64,000 nt of DNA from the NCBI GenBank assembly GCA_051546255.1, contig CP128819.1, positions 372,001 to 436,000 of the forward strand, read 5' to 3'. Positions within the stretch are counted from its first letter, which is position 1, and each line of letters begins with the position of its first letter. This document shows positions 32,820 through 43,375 of the stretch, in pieces. This DNA comes from Meyerozyma guilliermondii (lineage: Eukaryota). The translations under genes were made by a program, and so were the position numbers. The notes below the pieces were generated by a model. The model was not told where the DNA came from. It made no database searches and worked only from the letters and a program-made list of their open reading frames with translations.

Positions 32820-34685
32820 TTAGTCTTGTTCTTTGGCTTCGTCCGATGGAACTCGTTGCCGTATATCTCCATCGACCGTATCCAGATCGGGGTTCATCAC
32901 CTTGAGCACGGATCTACGTTTGGAACTCACCAATACTTGCACATCCATCATCTCGTCAAGAGAGTTATCGGAATCGTAGTTGGTATGATTATCTGACTCT
33001 GCCATGTTTTCGGAAGACATTTCGTCGTCAAAGAGCCTGCCTCCGGTGGATATCAAGGTATTTTGACTGGCCTTTTCTCGCAACGTTCGAGGCCCAGTCA
33101 AGTTCTTTGGTGATAACATCATTCTTGGTGAGCCAGGAGTGTTGGTAAATGAGAAATTTCCTTTCACCTTTGAGACTGAACGGTTCATAAAACTTCCTTG
33201 CAAAGGAGTGGGCGATGGTTTTTCAGGCAATTCGTGTTCTTCGTTGTTGTACTCACCACTAGTCAAAGTATCTTTGGACGTCCAATGGTCGTTATGGAAC
33301 TTGCTTCTTTTCTCCTCGTATTCTTGTCTTTTGCGAACCCACGAGTCTATCAGAGCACCGTCAAGGGTACTAGCAGAGTCTGCTGCTAGCCTATTGTTGT
33401 ATGGATGGGTGGTGCTATTTTGATCATAAAAGTTCCCAAAGTGGTAGTCAATGTCGTCGTCTTTAGGCTCAGCTGCGGATGCCTTGCGGCGCTTAATGAT
33501 GAATAAGGACGCCGCAACTGCAGCTGCAATGGCAGCGACAGGAAGAATTGTACCCAAAATGGCCTTTTTAGGCACCAGATTTGAGTTGTTGGTGGGTGCG
33601 AATTTGCTGGAATAATTGTCCTTGAGACTCGATACCTGCTTCAAATTGTCCGTGTCGTAAAGTGTTACTTTATAGCTGTTATCACGCTTTGTGGAGTCTT
33701 GATTGACAACTAAAAGGGTGTTGAAAATGGATGCCGCTCCCAAAATTTGTTCGGGGTCGATATCCAAATCAAGTTCTTGCCATGCCCAACTAGCATCGTT
33801 AGTAGCCAACTTAGCCACCGCTGGAGTAGACGGCTGGTTCAAGGTTTGTCCTCCTATAAGAAGAACACTTTTCACCAGGAAATGCAGCTGAATTTCTGCC
33901 ACAGAGTCGTTGGACAAGGGATCAAATAATGGAAGTGCCAATGCAAACTTTCGAGAGTTTATCTTATCATTTCCAGTAGCAACCGATTTGAAAGACCATC
34001 CAGAATCAAAGTTCCATGTGGCTAGCTGATACATGTTGAGCCAACCTTTATTTGTTTGTCCTCCTATGACCAATTGAGTCTGAGAGTCGGGTCCAAGTAT
34101 ATTGGAAGCACCGTAAAATGGCTGGGGTTTAGTGGATGTTGAAATGTTGGAGAACAGCTTTTTTTCAAAATCAAACGATATGAGCCTGTTCGTGATCTCC
34201 GATGACGGATGGCATAATCCTCCGTAAATGTAAAGAGTATCCTCAGCAGCCAAGTATGTTGCACTTTCATAGAACGAAGCATCGTCGAGTTCATCGAATG
34301 CATTGGATGCCAACAGCACGGAATCCCACAGCTGAGCCGATTCATTAAAAGTTCTGAGTTCTAGTAAGCCATCTCCACAAACATCTTTTGACCTTGTCAG
34401 TCTTTTGGGTGGTGCTGAAATAAAACCATACAATTCACCTTGCTGCAAAAATATAGTCGAGTTGTCTGGAGCAGTACAATACACTGGTAAGGTATCATCC
34501 GACTTTATATCCGACTTCAAGTCTCCATCAACAGAAAAATCAATCTTTATAATGTCATTGTTTTGCAACTGGAGATATGCATGTCCTCCTTCTAAATCAT
34601 AGACGGTATTCCATGCAAATGCGACAACTGCATTAATCGTAAGTAAGATAAAAATATCCAGCCAGGACTTCCACCTGGTAAGCAT
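32820..34685 (-). CDS. Type I membrane protein with kelch/galactose-oxidase-like ectodomain
   Basis: Signal peptide; kelch GG motifs (LYIYGG, LVIGG, LLIGG); one TM helix followed by KRRK; S/T-rich tail ending VLKVMNPD. Confidence 0.8.
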   Translation of the reverse strand: MLTRWKSWLDIFILLTINAVVAFAWNTVYDLEGGHAYLQLQNNDIIKIDFSVDGDLKSDIKSDDTLPVYCTAPDNSTIFLQQGELYGFISAPPKRLTRSKDVCGDGLLELRTFNESAQLWDSVLLASNAFDELDDASFYESATYLAAEDTLYIYGGLCHPSSEITNRLISFDFEKKLFSNISTSTKPQPFYGASNILGPDSQTQLVIGGQTNKGWLNMYQLATWNFDSGWSFKSVATGNDKINSRKFALALPLFDPLSNDSVAEIQLHFLVKSVLLIGGQTLNQPSTPAVAKLATNDASWAWQELDLDIDPEQILGAASIFNTLLVVNQDSTKRDNSYKVTLYDTDNLKQVSSLKDNYSSKFAPTNNSNLVPKKAILGTILPVAAIAAAVAASLFIIKRRKASAAEPKDDDIDYHFGNFYDQNSTTHPYNNRLAADSASTLDGALIDSWVRKRQEYEEKRSKFHNDHWTSKDTLTSGEYNNEEHELPEKPSPTPLQGSFMNRSVSKVKGNFSFTNTPGSPRMMLSPKNLTGPRTLREKASQNTLISTGGRLFDDEMSSENMAESDNHTNYDSDNSLDEMMDVQVLVSSKRRSVLKVMNPDLDTVDGDIRQRVPSDEAKEQD

Positions 34686-35183
34686 GATGTGCAGTTCAAT
34701 TACACTATCAAAAAGTGTCTTTGTTCCCCACGGCGCCGCAAAGAATTTGGATAGTGGTGTTTACCTTTATGTTTTTACCGTATTAGGACAGATCACGTGA
34801 ACGTCAATATCGACAAAGTGGAAGAGACGGATCGAGAGTACGAACGGTAAGCTCTTTAAGGTAGTGGAGAATGCACCAAGCCGTTAAAGCACCAAACAGT
34901 TTTAGCAATAATCATTGGCAATGTGATTATTGTAATTGTGCAACCGATCATTATTTGCAGCCATTTCTATTGGGTTGAATTTTGACAATGAATCCCCTAG
35001 GACCTCAGACGACATTTTGATCATTACAGGGAACCCCACTAAGTGCCTCAAACTCGAAAAGAATAGCTCCTCAATAAGAAAGTTCAACCTTTACTTGAAC
35101 CGTCATCATCGTCACATTTCACAGCCAGTGCACCAGCTATTACTCACACTGAAAATTTATGCCGGGGTCTCACTCACCCAACC

Positions 35184-36323
35184 ATGTCAACGTTTGGAAA
35201 AATATTCAGAGTGACCACCTATGGTGAGTCGCACTGCAAGTCCGTCGGATGTATTGTCGATGGATGTCCTCCTGGACTTAAATTGTCAGAAAGTGACATA
35301 CAGCCTCAGTTGAGTAGAAGAAGGCCAGGTCAGTCCAAGTTATCGACACCCAGAAACGAGAAAGATCAGGTCCATATTCAATCCGGAACCGAGAACGGTA
35401 TAACCTTGGGATCTCCAATTGGTATGCTTGTGTTAAACGAGGACCACCGTCCCAATGACTACTCGGAAACTGACCTTTACCCTCGTCCTTCGCACGCCGA
35501 TTGGACTTATATCCAAAAGTACGGTGCCAAATCTGCTTCTGGAGGAGGCAGATCCTCAGCCAGAGAGACTATTGGTCGAGTGGCTGCTGGTGCGATTGCA
35601 GAAAAGGTTCTTTCGCTTGCCAACGGCGTGGAAATCGTGGCGTTTGTTTCCAGTATTGGTTCTGTAGCCATGGACAGAAACCCATTGGACCCTACTTTTC
35701 AGAAAATCCTCAGTACTATAACCAGGGAAGAGGTCGACGGCGTGGGCCCCATTCGTTGTCCAGATGCCTCGGTTCGTGAGCAGATGGTCAAGGAGATTGA
35801 AAAGTACAGAGATGCCCAGGACTCTATTGGAGGAGTTGTCACCTGTGTGGTTAGAAACTGCCCCATTGGCTTGGGTGAGCCATGTTTCGACAAGTTGGAA
35901 GCTACTTTGGCTCATGCTATGCTTTCGTTGCCAGCAACAAAGGGCTTCGAAATTGGATCTGGTTTTCACGGGACCACCATTCCCGGCTCGAAACATAACG
36001 ATCCCTTTGTCTTTGACGAGCTCAACAAGAGATTGAAGACCAAAACCAACAACTCGGGCGGAACCCAAGGAGGAATCTCAAATGGAGAGAACATTTACTT
36101 TTCAGTTGCATTCAAGTCAGCAGCCACCATTTCTCAAGAACAACAAACCCTGACATACGATGGAAAGAGTGGAGTGCTTGCAGCAAGGGGAAGACACGAT
36201 CCAAGTGTCACCCCTCGTGCGGTACCTATTGTCGAGGCTATGACAGCCTTGGTCTTGGTTGACCAACTATTGATACAAAAGTCTCGTGAGTACGGCAGAT
36301 CTATCGTTGCCTCGAGTGACTAA
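35184..36323 (+). CDS. ARO2: Chorismate synthase
   Basis: [33 protein letters not shown] signatures. Confidence 0.98.
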   Translation: MSTFGKIFRVTTYGESHCKSVGCIVDGCPPGLKLSESDIQPQLSRRRPGQSKLSTPRNEKDQVHIQSGTENGITLGSPIGMLVLNEDHRPNDYSETDLYPRPSHADWTYIQKYGAKSASGGGRSSARETIGRVAAGAIAEKVLSLANGVEIVAFVSSIGSVAMDRNPLDPTFQKILSTITREEVDGVGPIRCPDASVREQMVKEIEKYRDAQDSIGGVVTCVVRNCPIGLGEPCFDKLEATLAHAMLSLPATKGFEIGSGFHGTTIPGSKHNDPFVFDELNKRLKTKTNNSGGTQGGISNGENIYFSVAFKSAATISQEQQTLTYDGKSGVLAARGRHDPSVTPRAVPIVEAMTALVLVDQLLIQKSREYGRSIVASSD

Positions 36324-36496
36324 GAACATATAGCAGATAGGGCCAACGGTCCCTAAAGATACCTGAATGTTGTCATTTGTAATATTCTATCTTGTATTAC
36401 CGTAGTACTATCTTGTATGGTAGTACCTTCTGGCCTGTATACGCACTCATTTGTACAGTACCACACTCAAGATTCCCGTCGTGAGAGTTTGCACCT

Positions 36497-37327
36497 ATGG
36501 ATCTTGTGCAAAAGGTATTGATCACACTTTTGGTGGTCCTTATCGCCACCTTGATACTCTTCTACGTCCAAACAAATGGTATTGCCATCAAATCGTCTGG
36601 TGACTCTTCTCACAGACAGCCTTCATTTCTCATCTTGGGTACGAATGGAGCAGGAAAAACTGCATTTTACAATCGATTGATGAGTCAAGATAACCAGCCC
36701 AAATTCGAGCAGACTGTGTCTTCGATAGAACCTACTTTCGGCCATATAAATTTACCATTAGCCAAACATTCCATAGCCAAGACTTATCAGATCATCGACT
36801 ACCCAGGTCATCTCAAGTACACCCAACTTCTCAACAAGTTAATTCTCGAGGACATAACGCTCCAGAAAATCAAGGGCATTGTCTACGTGATTGACTCGTC
36901 GGCAGCAGCCACCAATGGTCCTCGGTTATTGGAAGTAGCTCATGGTCTTTTCCTGCTTTTATCGCAGACTGAAAAATTGAATAACGGCATAGATATTCTC
37001 TTTGCCGTCAACAAACAAGACTTATTCGACTCACGACCCGTTTTCAAGGTGAAAGAGTTGTTGCAGCAAGAAGTCGACAAGCTTGTGAAAAACGAGCTTA
37101 TGCAAAAAAGCCTGGCAGGTCATGAAGCATCTGGTATTGACGAAGAGGATGACGATACCAACCGTGAATCGCTCAAGGAGTTCTGGAGCTCAGTTGTGGG
37201 CCGTAATGGACGTTTCCTGTTCGATATGCTCGAGGGAAATATGGACTTTATTGGTGGGTCAGTGTTGAAGAACAAAACCGAAGACTGGGAAAATTGGTTC
37301 GATGAAAAAGTCATGAACCAGCTGTAA
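36497..37327 (+). CDS. SRP102: Signal recognition particle receptor beta subunit
   Basis: N-terminal TM anchor; GTNGAGKT, TVSSIEP, DYPGHLK, NKQD GTPase motifs. Confidence 0.92.
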   Translation: MDLVQKVLITLLVVLIATLILFYVQTNGIAIKSSGDSSHRQPSFLILGTNGAGKTAFYNRLMSQDNQPKFEQTVSSIEPTFGHINLPLAKHSIAKTYQIIDYPGHLKYTQLLNKLILEDITLQKIKGIVYVIDSSAAATNGPRLLEVAHGLFLLLSQTEKLNNGIDILFAVNKQDLFDSRPVFKVKELLQQEVDKLVKNELMQKSLAGHEASGIDEEDDDTNRESLKEFWSSVVGRNGRFLFDMLEGNMDFIGGSVLKNKTEDWENWFDEKVMNQL

Positions 37328-37331
37328 GGAG

Positions 37332-37883
37332 TCAGGGTTTTCCAGTCGGTGCGGAAGGGAAGAAACCTGGCGTGTGCACTTCCTTTTGACGTTTAGCTCG
37401 TACTCGTGCCAGTACATAAGTTTGAATTCTCAGCTTATACATTCCATTATCAAGTTTATAATCTTTCACTTTCGTTTGTTTGAGCTGAGAAACCACAGTT
37501 TCCAACTCGGTGGTCAATGTTTTCTTCTCATCTTCCAACTTGGCCAATTTGTCGGGTTCTTGCTTATCTTCTGCTGGTGGCTTCTTCCATCCACTCATAA
37601 GCTTAGTCCATGCATACGGCTGTGCCTGCTCTATTTGTTTGTTTAACCCACTTATTTTGTTCTCCAATTCCATTTTCTTGGCATTGAGCTCCTTGTAACT
37701 AGCAGGATACTCTGGGGTACAAAATGTGGAATCGTTAAGATGCGCCTCACAAGCGTGGAAAAAGTCAACTTTATTTGAAGACAATAATACACAGCTTGTG
37801 GGTTTGAAACATATATTACACGCCTTCAGATCCAGTTCGGCTACTCGACGTAAAGTGTAATCATTAGGAAACGGCACCGACAT
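37332..37883 (-). CDS. VFA1: Vps4-associated protein (DUF1742 family)
   Basis: PFPNDY..RRVA...ACNICFKPT..VL...DFF..C..HL; coiled coil; C-terminal FPSAP. Confidence 0.8.
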   Translation of the reverse strand: MSVPFPNDYTLRRVAELDLKACNICFKPTSCVLLSSNKVDFFHACEAHLNDSTFCTPEYPASYKELNAKKMELENKISGLNKQIEQAQPYAWTKLMSGWKKPPAEDKQEPDKLAKLEDEKKTLTTELETVVSQLKQTKVKDYKLDNGMYKLRIQTYVLARVRAKRQKEVHTPGFFPSAPTGKP

Positions 37884-38688
37884 TGGGGAAGTTCTCTTAT
37901 CCTACGTATTGGGTAAATGCTCGCTCTAGCATCGCGTTACCTAAGCACTTATATGGGAGGTCCAAAAACAGCATGGCTCGTCAATAAAGACAGTCTTAGC
38001 TATTCATGAAGCCTACCCAGGCAGGGATCGGCTAGTTTCTACAGCACAAAAGAAACAGGAAAAAAGGAAATTGAAAATGTAGTTTTAATACACTTTCAGT
38101 AAAAAGCATTGCACACGAACCATAAACACACAATAACTATCGTTGCAAGATATATCCCATTTCTATCTACATACCACGACTCTTCCCTCGTCTCGCACAC
38201 TTGGCGCAACTCAAACCCCTTATCTAGGCGTCGGCCGGGTAACCCGCGCCTTAAAATTCTTCATGGGATTCTCAAAAATGGTTGGCGTGAAGGGATATAA
38301 ACAAGGGCGAATCGGGATAACCGGTACCAAATAAGTTTAATCAATCAACCGATACATTTCGGAGACTCTACACAGCGCACAGACGTGATAGCGGTCGTCA
38401 TTTACCCTACTTGCTTATTGGTATTCTTTCCTAGCGGCTAATTTTACCATACCCCTTGTGACGTGTCTTTGCAAGGTTGTGGACAAGACATCAATTTGAC
38501 AGTGAAGACGACTTTAACCCATTTCAAGTCGTATACTTCACCGCAATATCTATTTCGACATAAGCGACATCTCTAGATTTTTCGTTTTTTTGTTTTTGTT
38601 GATTGCCATCCCCGGTCGTGATTGGTGAGCATACGACGTCGCGAAAGTTGACCCTTGGCAATCGTCTTACATAAAACAGCAAGTTACA

Positions 38689-39672
38689 ATGGCAGACCAT
38701 CAGGAAGCAGACATCGACTCTATTGTCGATAGATTGTTGGAAGTCCGTGGTTCAAGACCCGGCAAACAGGTGACATTGATGGAACATGAAATTCGATACT
38801 TGTGCACCAAAGCAAGAGAAATCTTTATTCAACAACCAATCTTGTTAGAATTGGAAGCTCCCATCAAAATCTGTGGTGACATCCATGGTCAGTATTACGA
38901 CTTGTTACGACTCTTTGAGTACGGAGGATTCCCACCCGAGGCAAATTATTTGTTTTTGGGAGATTACGTCGACAGAGGTAAGCAATCCTTGGAAACAATT
39001 TGTTTGTTATTGGCGTATAAAATCAAATACCCAGAGAACTTTTTCATCTTGAGAGGTAACCATGAGTGTGCTTCCATCAACAGAATCTACGGTTTCTATG
39101 ATGAATGTAAAAGAAGGTACAACATCAAATTGTGGAAAACTTTCACAGATTGTTTCAACTGTTTGCCAATTGCTGCCATCATCGATGAAAAGATCTTCAC
39201 TATGCATGGTGGTTTATCTCCCGACTTGAACTCGATGGAACAAATCAGACGCGTGATGAGACCCACCGATATTCCTGACGTGGGATTGTTGTGCGATTTG
39301 TTGTGGTCAGACCCTGATAAGGATATCACAGGATGGTCGGAGAATGATCGTGGTGTATCTTTCACCTTTGGTCCTGATGTTGTATCTCGGTTCTTACAAA
39401 AGCATGATATGGACTTGATTTGCAGAGCGCATCAAGTGGTGGAAGATGGTTACGAATTCTTCTCCAAGCGACAATTGGTTACGTTGTTTTCAGCTCCCAA
39501 CTATTGTGGTGAGTTTGACAATGCTGGTGCCATGATGTCCGTCGATGAAAGTTTGTTGTGCTCGTTCCAAATCTTGAAACCTGCTGACAAAAAGCCACGC
39601 TATCCAGCTAACAATGTTGGTAATAACAGACCGGTTACTCCCCCAAGAAAACCAAAGAGAGGTTCCAAATAG
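38689..39672 (+). CDS. GLC7: Ser/Thr protein phosphatase PP1 catalytic subunit (CDS uninterrupted)
   Basis: GDIHG, GDYVDRG, LRGNHE, SAPNYC; C-terminal RPVTPPR. Confidence 0.98.
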   Translation: MADHQEADIDSIVDRLLEVRGSRPGKQVTLMEHEIRYLCTKAREIFIQQPILLELEAPIKICGDIHGQYYDLLRLFEYGGFPPEANYLFLGDYVDRGKQSLETICLLLAYKIKYPENFFILRGNHECASINRIYGFYDECKRRYNIKLWKTFTDCFNCLPIAAIIDEKIFTMHGGLSPDLNSMEQIRRVMRPTDIPDVGLLCDLLWSDPDKDITGWSENDRGVSFTFGPDVVSRFLQKHDMDLICRAHQVVEDGYEFFSKRQLVTLFSAPNYCGEFDNAGAMMSVDESLLCSFQILKPADKKPRYPANNVGNNRPVTPPRKPKRGSK

Positions 39673-40235
39673 GCGCCCCTGTCTGCCGTAGATGACCATC
39701 TCACTGTTTATCCGACGTATAATTGAGACAATGGGTTTGATCCAAGTCTTAAAATTTCTTGGTTAACGAAGATATCAGGAATGATGATGATGAGAAGGTA
39801 CAGAAATGCATGTATAATAATGATATTCAAATTTCCCTTTACTTGGTGTCAAACGCATTGGCACCATTACCAGAGAGGCAATATTAAAATTGGGATATAT
39901 ATAGCTTTTGTATATTTCACGACGATATATAGCCTTAACAACCCATACTACCGAAGTTTTAAACTAGCAAATTCTTGGCTAGTGGTTGAGTACATGTCTT
40001 ATTAGTGTGGGTATATAGTTTTAAATCAGTTTGAGTCGTTTATCATGAGAACCAGTCTACGGTGAGGCAATGGGTGTCATTTGCAACCAATTTTTTGGTG
40101 AGCAAAATAGAGATTTTTTTTATATTATACTTAATATGTTTTATGTTTTCGCAGTGTCTAAGTGTCAAATGGCCTATATGTTCAATAAAAGCTTCAAAAT
40201 CAGTTGGGGACTTGAATACTATCCAGACCCGAAAA

Positions 40236-40252
40236 CAGTCACAGTGCACGTG
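40236..40252 (+). promoter_or_regulatory. Homol-D box (CAGTCACA) and E-box (CACGTG) upstream of RPS27
   Basis: CAGTCACA at 40236-40243 and CACGTG at 40247-40252, about 125-140 bp upstream of the ATG. Confidence 0.6.
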
Positions 40253-40374
40253 CCTTTCCAATTACATAACAATCCGTTGACATTACATAAACTAAGGTTT
40301 TGTGTAACGTTTACTTGCACGCGGTGAAAAATTCTTGAAAATTCATCAACTAATATAACAAAGAACAAGACAAA

Positions 40375-40690
40375 ATGGTATGTAAATTTTGCTTCCAAGC
40401 TTCCCGTTTTCCACACAATCTCGTTGTGCAGACACTAACTCTAGGTTTTAGTTCAAGATTTGTTAAACCCAAACCCAGCCTCTGAGGCCAAGAAGCACAA
40501 GTTGAAAACCTTGGTGCCCCAACCCAGATCATACTTCATGGATGTGAAATGCCAAGGATGTTTGAACATCACCACCGTGTTCTCCCACGCCCAAACTGCC
40601 GTTACCTGTGACAACTGCTCCACCGTGTTGTGTACCCCAACTGGAGGTAAGGCCAAGTTGACCGAAGGTTGCTCTTTCAGAAGAAAGTAG
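40375..40690 (+). CDS. RPS27: 40S ribosomal protein S27 (eS27); exons 40375-40377 and 40445-40690
   Basis: ATG|GTATGT...CACTAACtcTAG|GTT TTA GTT CAA gives [10 protein letters not shown]...CQGC...CDNC...GCSFRRK. Confidence 0.97.
40378..40444 (+). other. 67-nt spliceosomal intron of RPS27
   Basis: Donor GTATGT, branch CACTAAC (40433-40439), acceptor TAG (40442-40444); removal restores the conserved N-terminus. Confidence 0.95.
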
Positions 40691-40776
40691 AGCCAAAAAT
40701 TCTGTATATTTGTCAAAAGTAATACATGCATGGAAAATACAAAGTAGTAAAGGTCATATTTGTAGGATTAAACAGT

Positions 40777-42042
40777 CTATAATTTGGACTTGGAGCAGAA
40801 CCGCACCACCTCGTCGATGGCATCGGCCACTCGGTCAACGTTGTGCTCGTTCAAGCCTGCCACCGATGCTCTACCAGAGCTCACCAAATACACACCATGG
40901 TTCTTTTCAAGTCTAGAAACCATTTCTGGCGTCAATCCGGTAAATGAGAACATACCACTTTGCGACACAATATGATCCCAATTACCAGGGGTTTTCAAAT
41001 CATTTGTCAACCTATTACGCAACTTAGATCTCATTTCGTTGATTCTAGAGCTCATGGTGGTCAAGTCATCCTGCCATTGTTGTCTTAACTTGGAGTCTGT
41101 CAAGATGGTTGCAACAATCTTGGCACCATACGCAGGAGGGTTGGAGATTTCCGATCTGGTAAGCTTGTTGAGCTGCGATTGTATAGCACGGTTCAAGCCC
41201 TCATCCTTCTCATGAGGAATGACGTGGATTGCACCCACTCTCTCACCATACATACCACAGTTTTTGGCAAACGATTGGCAAATTACGATGGGTGTCTTGA
41301 TACTCTCATCAGCCACTGCTTTCCTTACAGCAAAGGCATCATTTTCCAAATCTCCAGAAGCGAAACCTTGGTAAGCCGAGTCGAAAAGAAGAAGATGGTC
41401 TTTGTCAGACAATGCCTTTAAAATGGTATCCCACTGTTCCTTAGAAGGGTCCAAACCAGTAGGGTTATGGGCACAGGCATGTAAGAGGAAGATGGAACCA
41501 GAATTAGCAGATTTGATGGTGGACAAAAACCCGTCTAAATCCAACGATTTGGTTTCGGCGTTCCAATATGGGTACGTCTTGACATCCAAACCCAACGACG
41601 TGAAGATTTGGTTGTGGTTAGCCCAAGTGGGTTTAGACACATAAATTGCATGGGTGTCACCTTTCTTTTCAGGAGTGTAAAAGTCACGCAAGAAGGCTCC
41701 TGCCAAGTGTAAAGCACCTGTTCCCGAAAGGGATTGCTGAGAAACTACTCGTTTCTGTTGAATTGCTGGAGATTCTTTGCCCAAGATGACTTTGGCACTT
41801 TCTTCAAGAAATGGTCCGTAACCCGAAATTCCCAAATATTCGTGATTGTAACCTTCCGATTCAACCAATTGCTTTTCGGCAGCTCTTACCGCTGGAAGAA
41901 TCCATGGTTTTCCGTTGTTATCACGGTAAGCGCCAATACCTAAATCGACCTTATCAGATCTAGTATCATTATTGTAACGAGCCTTAAGGCCAAAAAGTGG
42001 ATCTGGAGGAAGCTCTTTGATAGAAGCAAAGAATTTTGACAT
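40777..42042 (-). CDS. AAT2: Aspartate aminotransferase, cytosolic/peroxisomal (PTS1 SKL)
   Basis: PPDPLFGL, DLGIGAYRD, HACAHNPTG, QSFAKNCGMYGERVG; ends SKL. Confidence 0.95.
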   Translation of the reverse strand: MSKFFASIKELPPDPLFGLKARYNNDTRSDKVDLGIGAYRDNNGKPWILPAVRAAEKQLVESEGYNHEYLGISGYGPFLEESAKVILGKESPAIQQKRVVSQQSLSGTGALHLAGAFLRDFYTPEKKGDTHAIYVSKPTWANHNQIFTSLGLDVKTYPYWNAETKSLDLDGFLSTIKSANSGSIFLLHACAHNPTGLDPSKEQWDTILKALSDKDHLLLFDSAYQGFASGDLENDAFAVRKAVADESIKTPIVICQSFAKNCGMYGERVGAIHVIPHEKDEGLNRAIQSQLNKLTRSEISNPPAYGAKIVATILTDSKLRQQWQDDLTTMSSRINEMRSKLRNRLTNDLKTPGNWDHIVSQSGMFSFTGLTPEMVSRLEKNHGVYLVSSGRASVAGLNEHNVDRVADAIDEVVRFCSKSKL

Positions 42043-42229
42043 GGTGTTTCGTACCTGGATTTATTAAGTGTAGTTATACTCTGCTTAAGTCCCTCAAATA
42101 AGTATCGTGAGCGGCACTGGAGAGGGGAAGTGGTATCTGCAGGATACCGGCAAGTTTTTCGAGTGTAAATGCCGGAAATGTGGGCAGAAACGAAAATGGC
42201 CGCGCATGCGCCGAGAAATAGGCGGCTAG

Positions 42230-42299
42230 TGACTCGGGGTTTTGTTTAGTTTGATGGGGTGATCGTGGAATGGTTGTAAGAGTCTAAAGTCGGCCGAGG
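42230..42299. promoter_or_regulatory. Gcn4-like TGACTC and FarA/Ctf1-type CCGAGG upstream of AAT2
   Basis: TGACTC at 42230-42235 and CCGAGG at 42294-42299, 190-255 bp upstream of the minus-strand ATG. Confidence 0.45.
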
Positions 42300-42457
42300 A
42301 CTGCGGCATCGGTGTACGTTGTTCCTGTGTCGGATGTCCGGAAGCATGTGGGGTTTGCGGCGCGGTAGAGCTATTTAGTTGAACGGTGTTGGGGCCGCGA
42401 TGATTACCGAAAGTAGCGCGGCACGTGAATAAAAAAGTCGATTGATCTATATAATGG

Positions 42458-43375
42458 TCAAATAGACGGAGTCTTTATAAAACCCAACATCTCGTGAGCA
42501 GTATCGTTTTCTTGCCAGAATCTCAGCTTGCTCAACCATTGTGAGATATTAGCCACGAGAATTGTCACCATGGCAAAGAAAATCATGGATGAATCCAAGA
42601 TGAACAAGTACTTTTCATCGCTGATGAGAACTCCATCATTTCCTTGGAGATACTCAATGACTCTGTAGATTGATCGTACCATGATGAACAAGGATGTCAA
42701 TGTCAATTCAGCCAAGAGAAATTTCCAATTGAGCCAAAACGACGAACTGCATTCTTGAGCTTTAGCACCTTGGACAGGTTTCATGGAACACCTAATAAAG
42801 AAATTCCCCATAACAGCAATGAAGAATCCAAAGAATGCAATCTGGACAAAAAGTCCAACAATGATCAATTTTTCACCAAGATGAAGCATCTCAAGCGTTC
42901 CACCGCCTTGGATTCCTCCACCAGCAGCTTGCAACAATAATGATACCACATCTCCAATGACAAAAATCTTTGTCATATACCTCACTGGGATGAATGCGTG
43001 AACCTCGGCTCCCAAAACTCTAATGATTTCACCCAAAACCATATAAATGGTGGCAGCGTAGAATGCAGGGCCAATCAAGATGAAAATTGACTGGATAATA
43101 TATGGTCCCAATGCATCCAAATTTTGGGCGGAAATCAATCGGCAAACGTATCCTACGCACTCCAAGCAACTACCTACAATGAAAGGTGTCATAAGACCGG
43201 TATAACGACGGAGTTTCTTTCTTTCAATTTTACCATTGAATTTTCTGTGTGCATAAATAACTTGAGAAATTCCAGCCACCACCAGAAGCCCAAAAAGAAC
43301 TGTAAATTCAATGTTCACGCCCCGATTGGGAGTGTATCGGTACGCCTTCCATTGGTAGTCAGAGGTGTCGGACAT
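42458..43375 (-). CDS. RTA1/RSB1-family 7-TM lipid-translocating exporter
   Basis: First ATG at 43375; YRYTP, LECVGYVCR, PAFYAATIY, KIFVIGDVVSLLLQAAGGG, RSIYRVIEY. Confidence 0.92.
   Translation of the reverse strand: MSDTSDYQWKAYRYTPNRGVNIEFTVLFGLLVVAGISQVIYAHRKFNGKIERKKLRRYTGLMTPFIVGSCLECVGYVCRLISAQNLDALGPYIIQSIFILIGPAFYAATIYMVLGEIIRVLGAEVHAFIPVRYMTKIFVIGDVVSLLLQAAGGGIQGGGTLEMLHLGEKLIIVGLFVQIAFFGFFIAVMGNFFIRCSMKPVQGAKAQECSSSFWLNWKFLLAELTLTSLFIMVRSIYRVIEYLQGNDGVLISDEKYLFILDSSMIFFAMVTILVANISQWLSKLRFWQENDTAHEMLGFIKTPSI

Noticed and set aside
39780..40090. Box C/D snoRNA-like words downstream of GLC7 (ATGATGA at 39781; minus-strand CTGA near 40026)
   Set aside because: No matched C and D boxes on one strand with a recognisable rRNA guide; snR52-type guide sequences not found.
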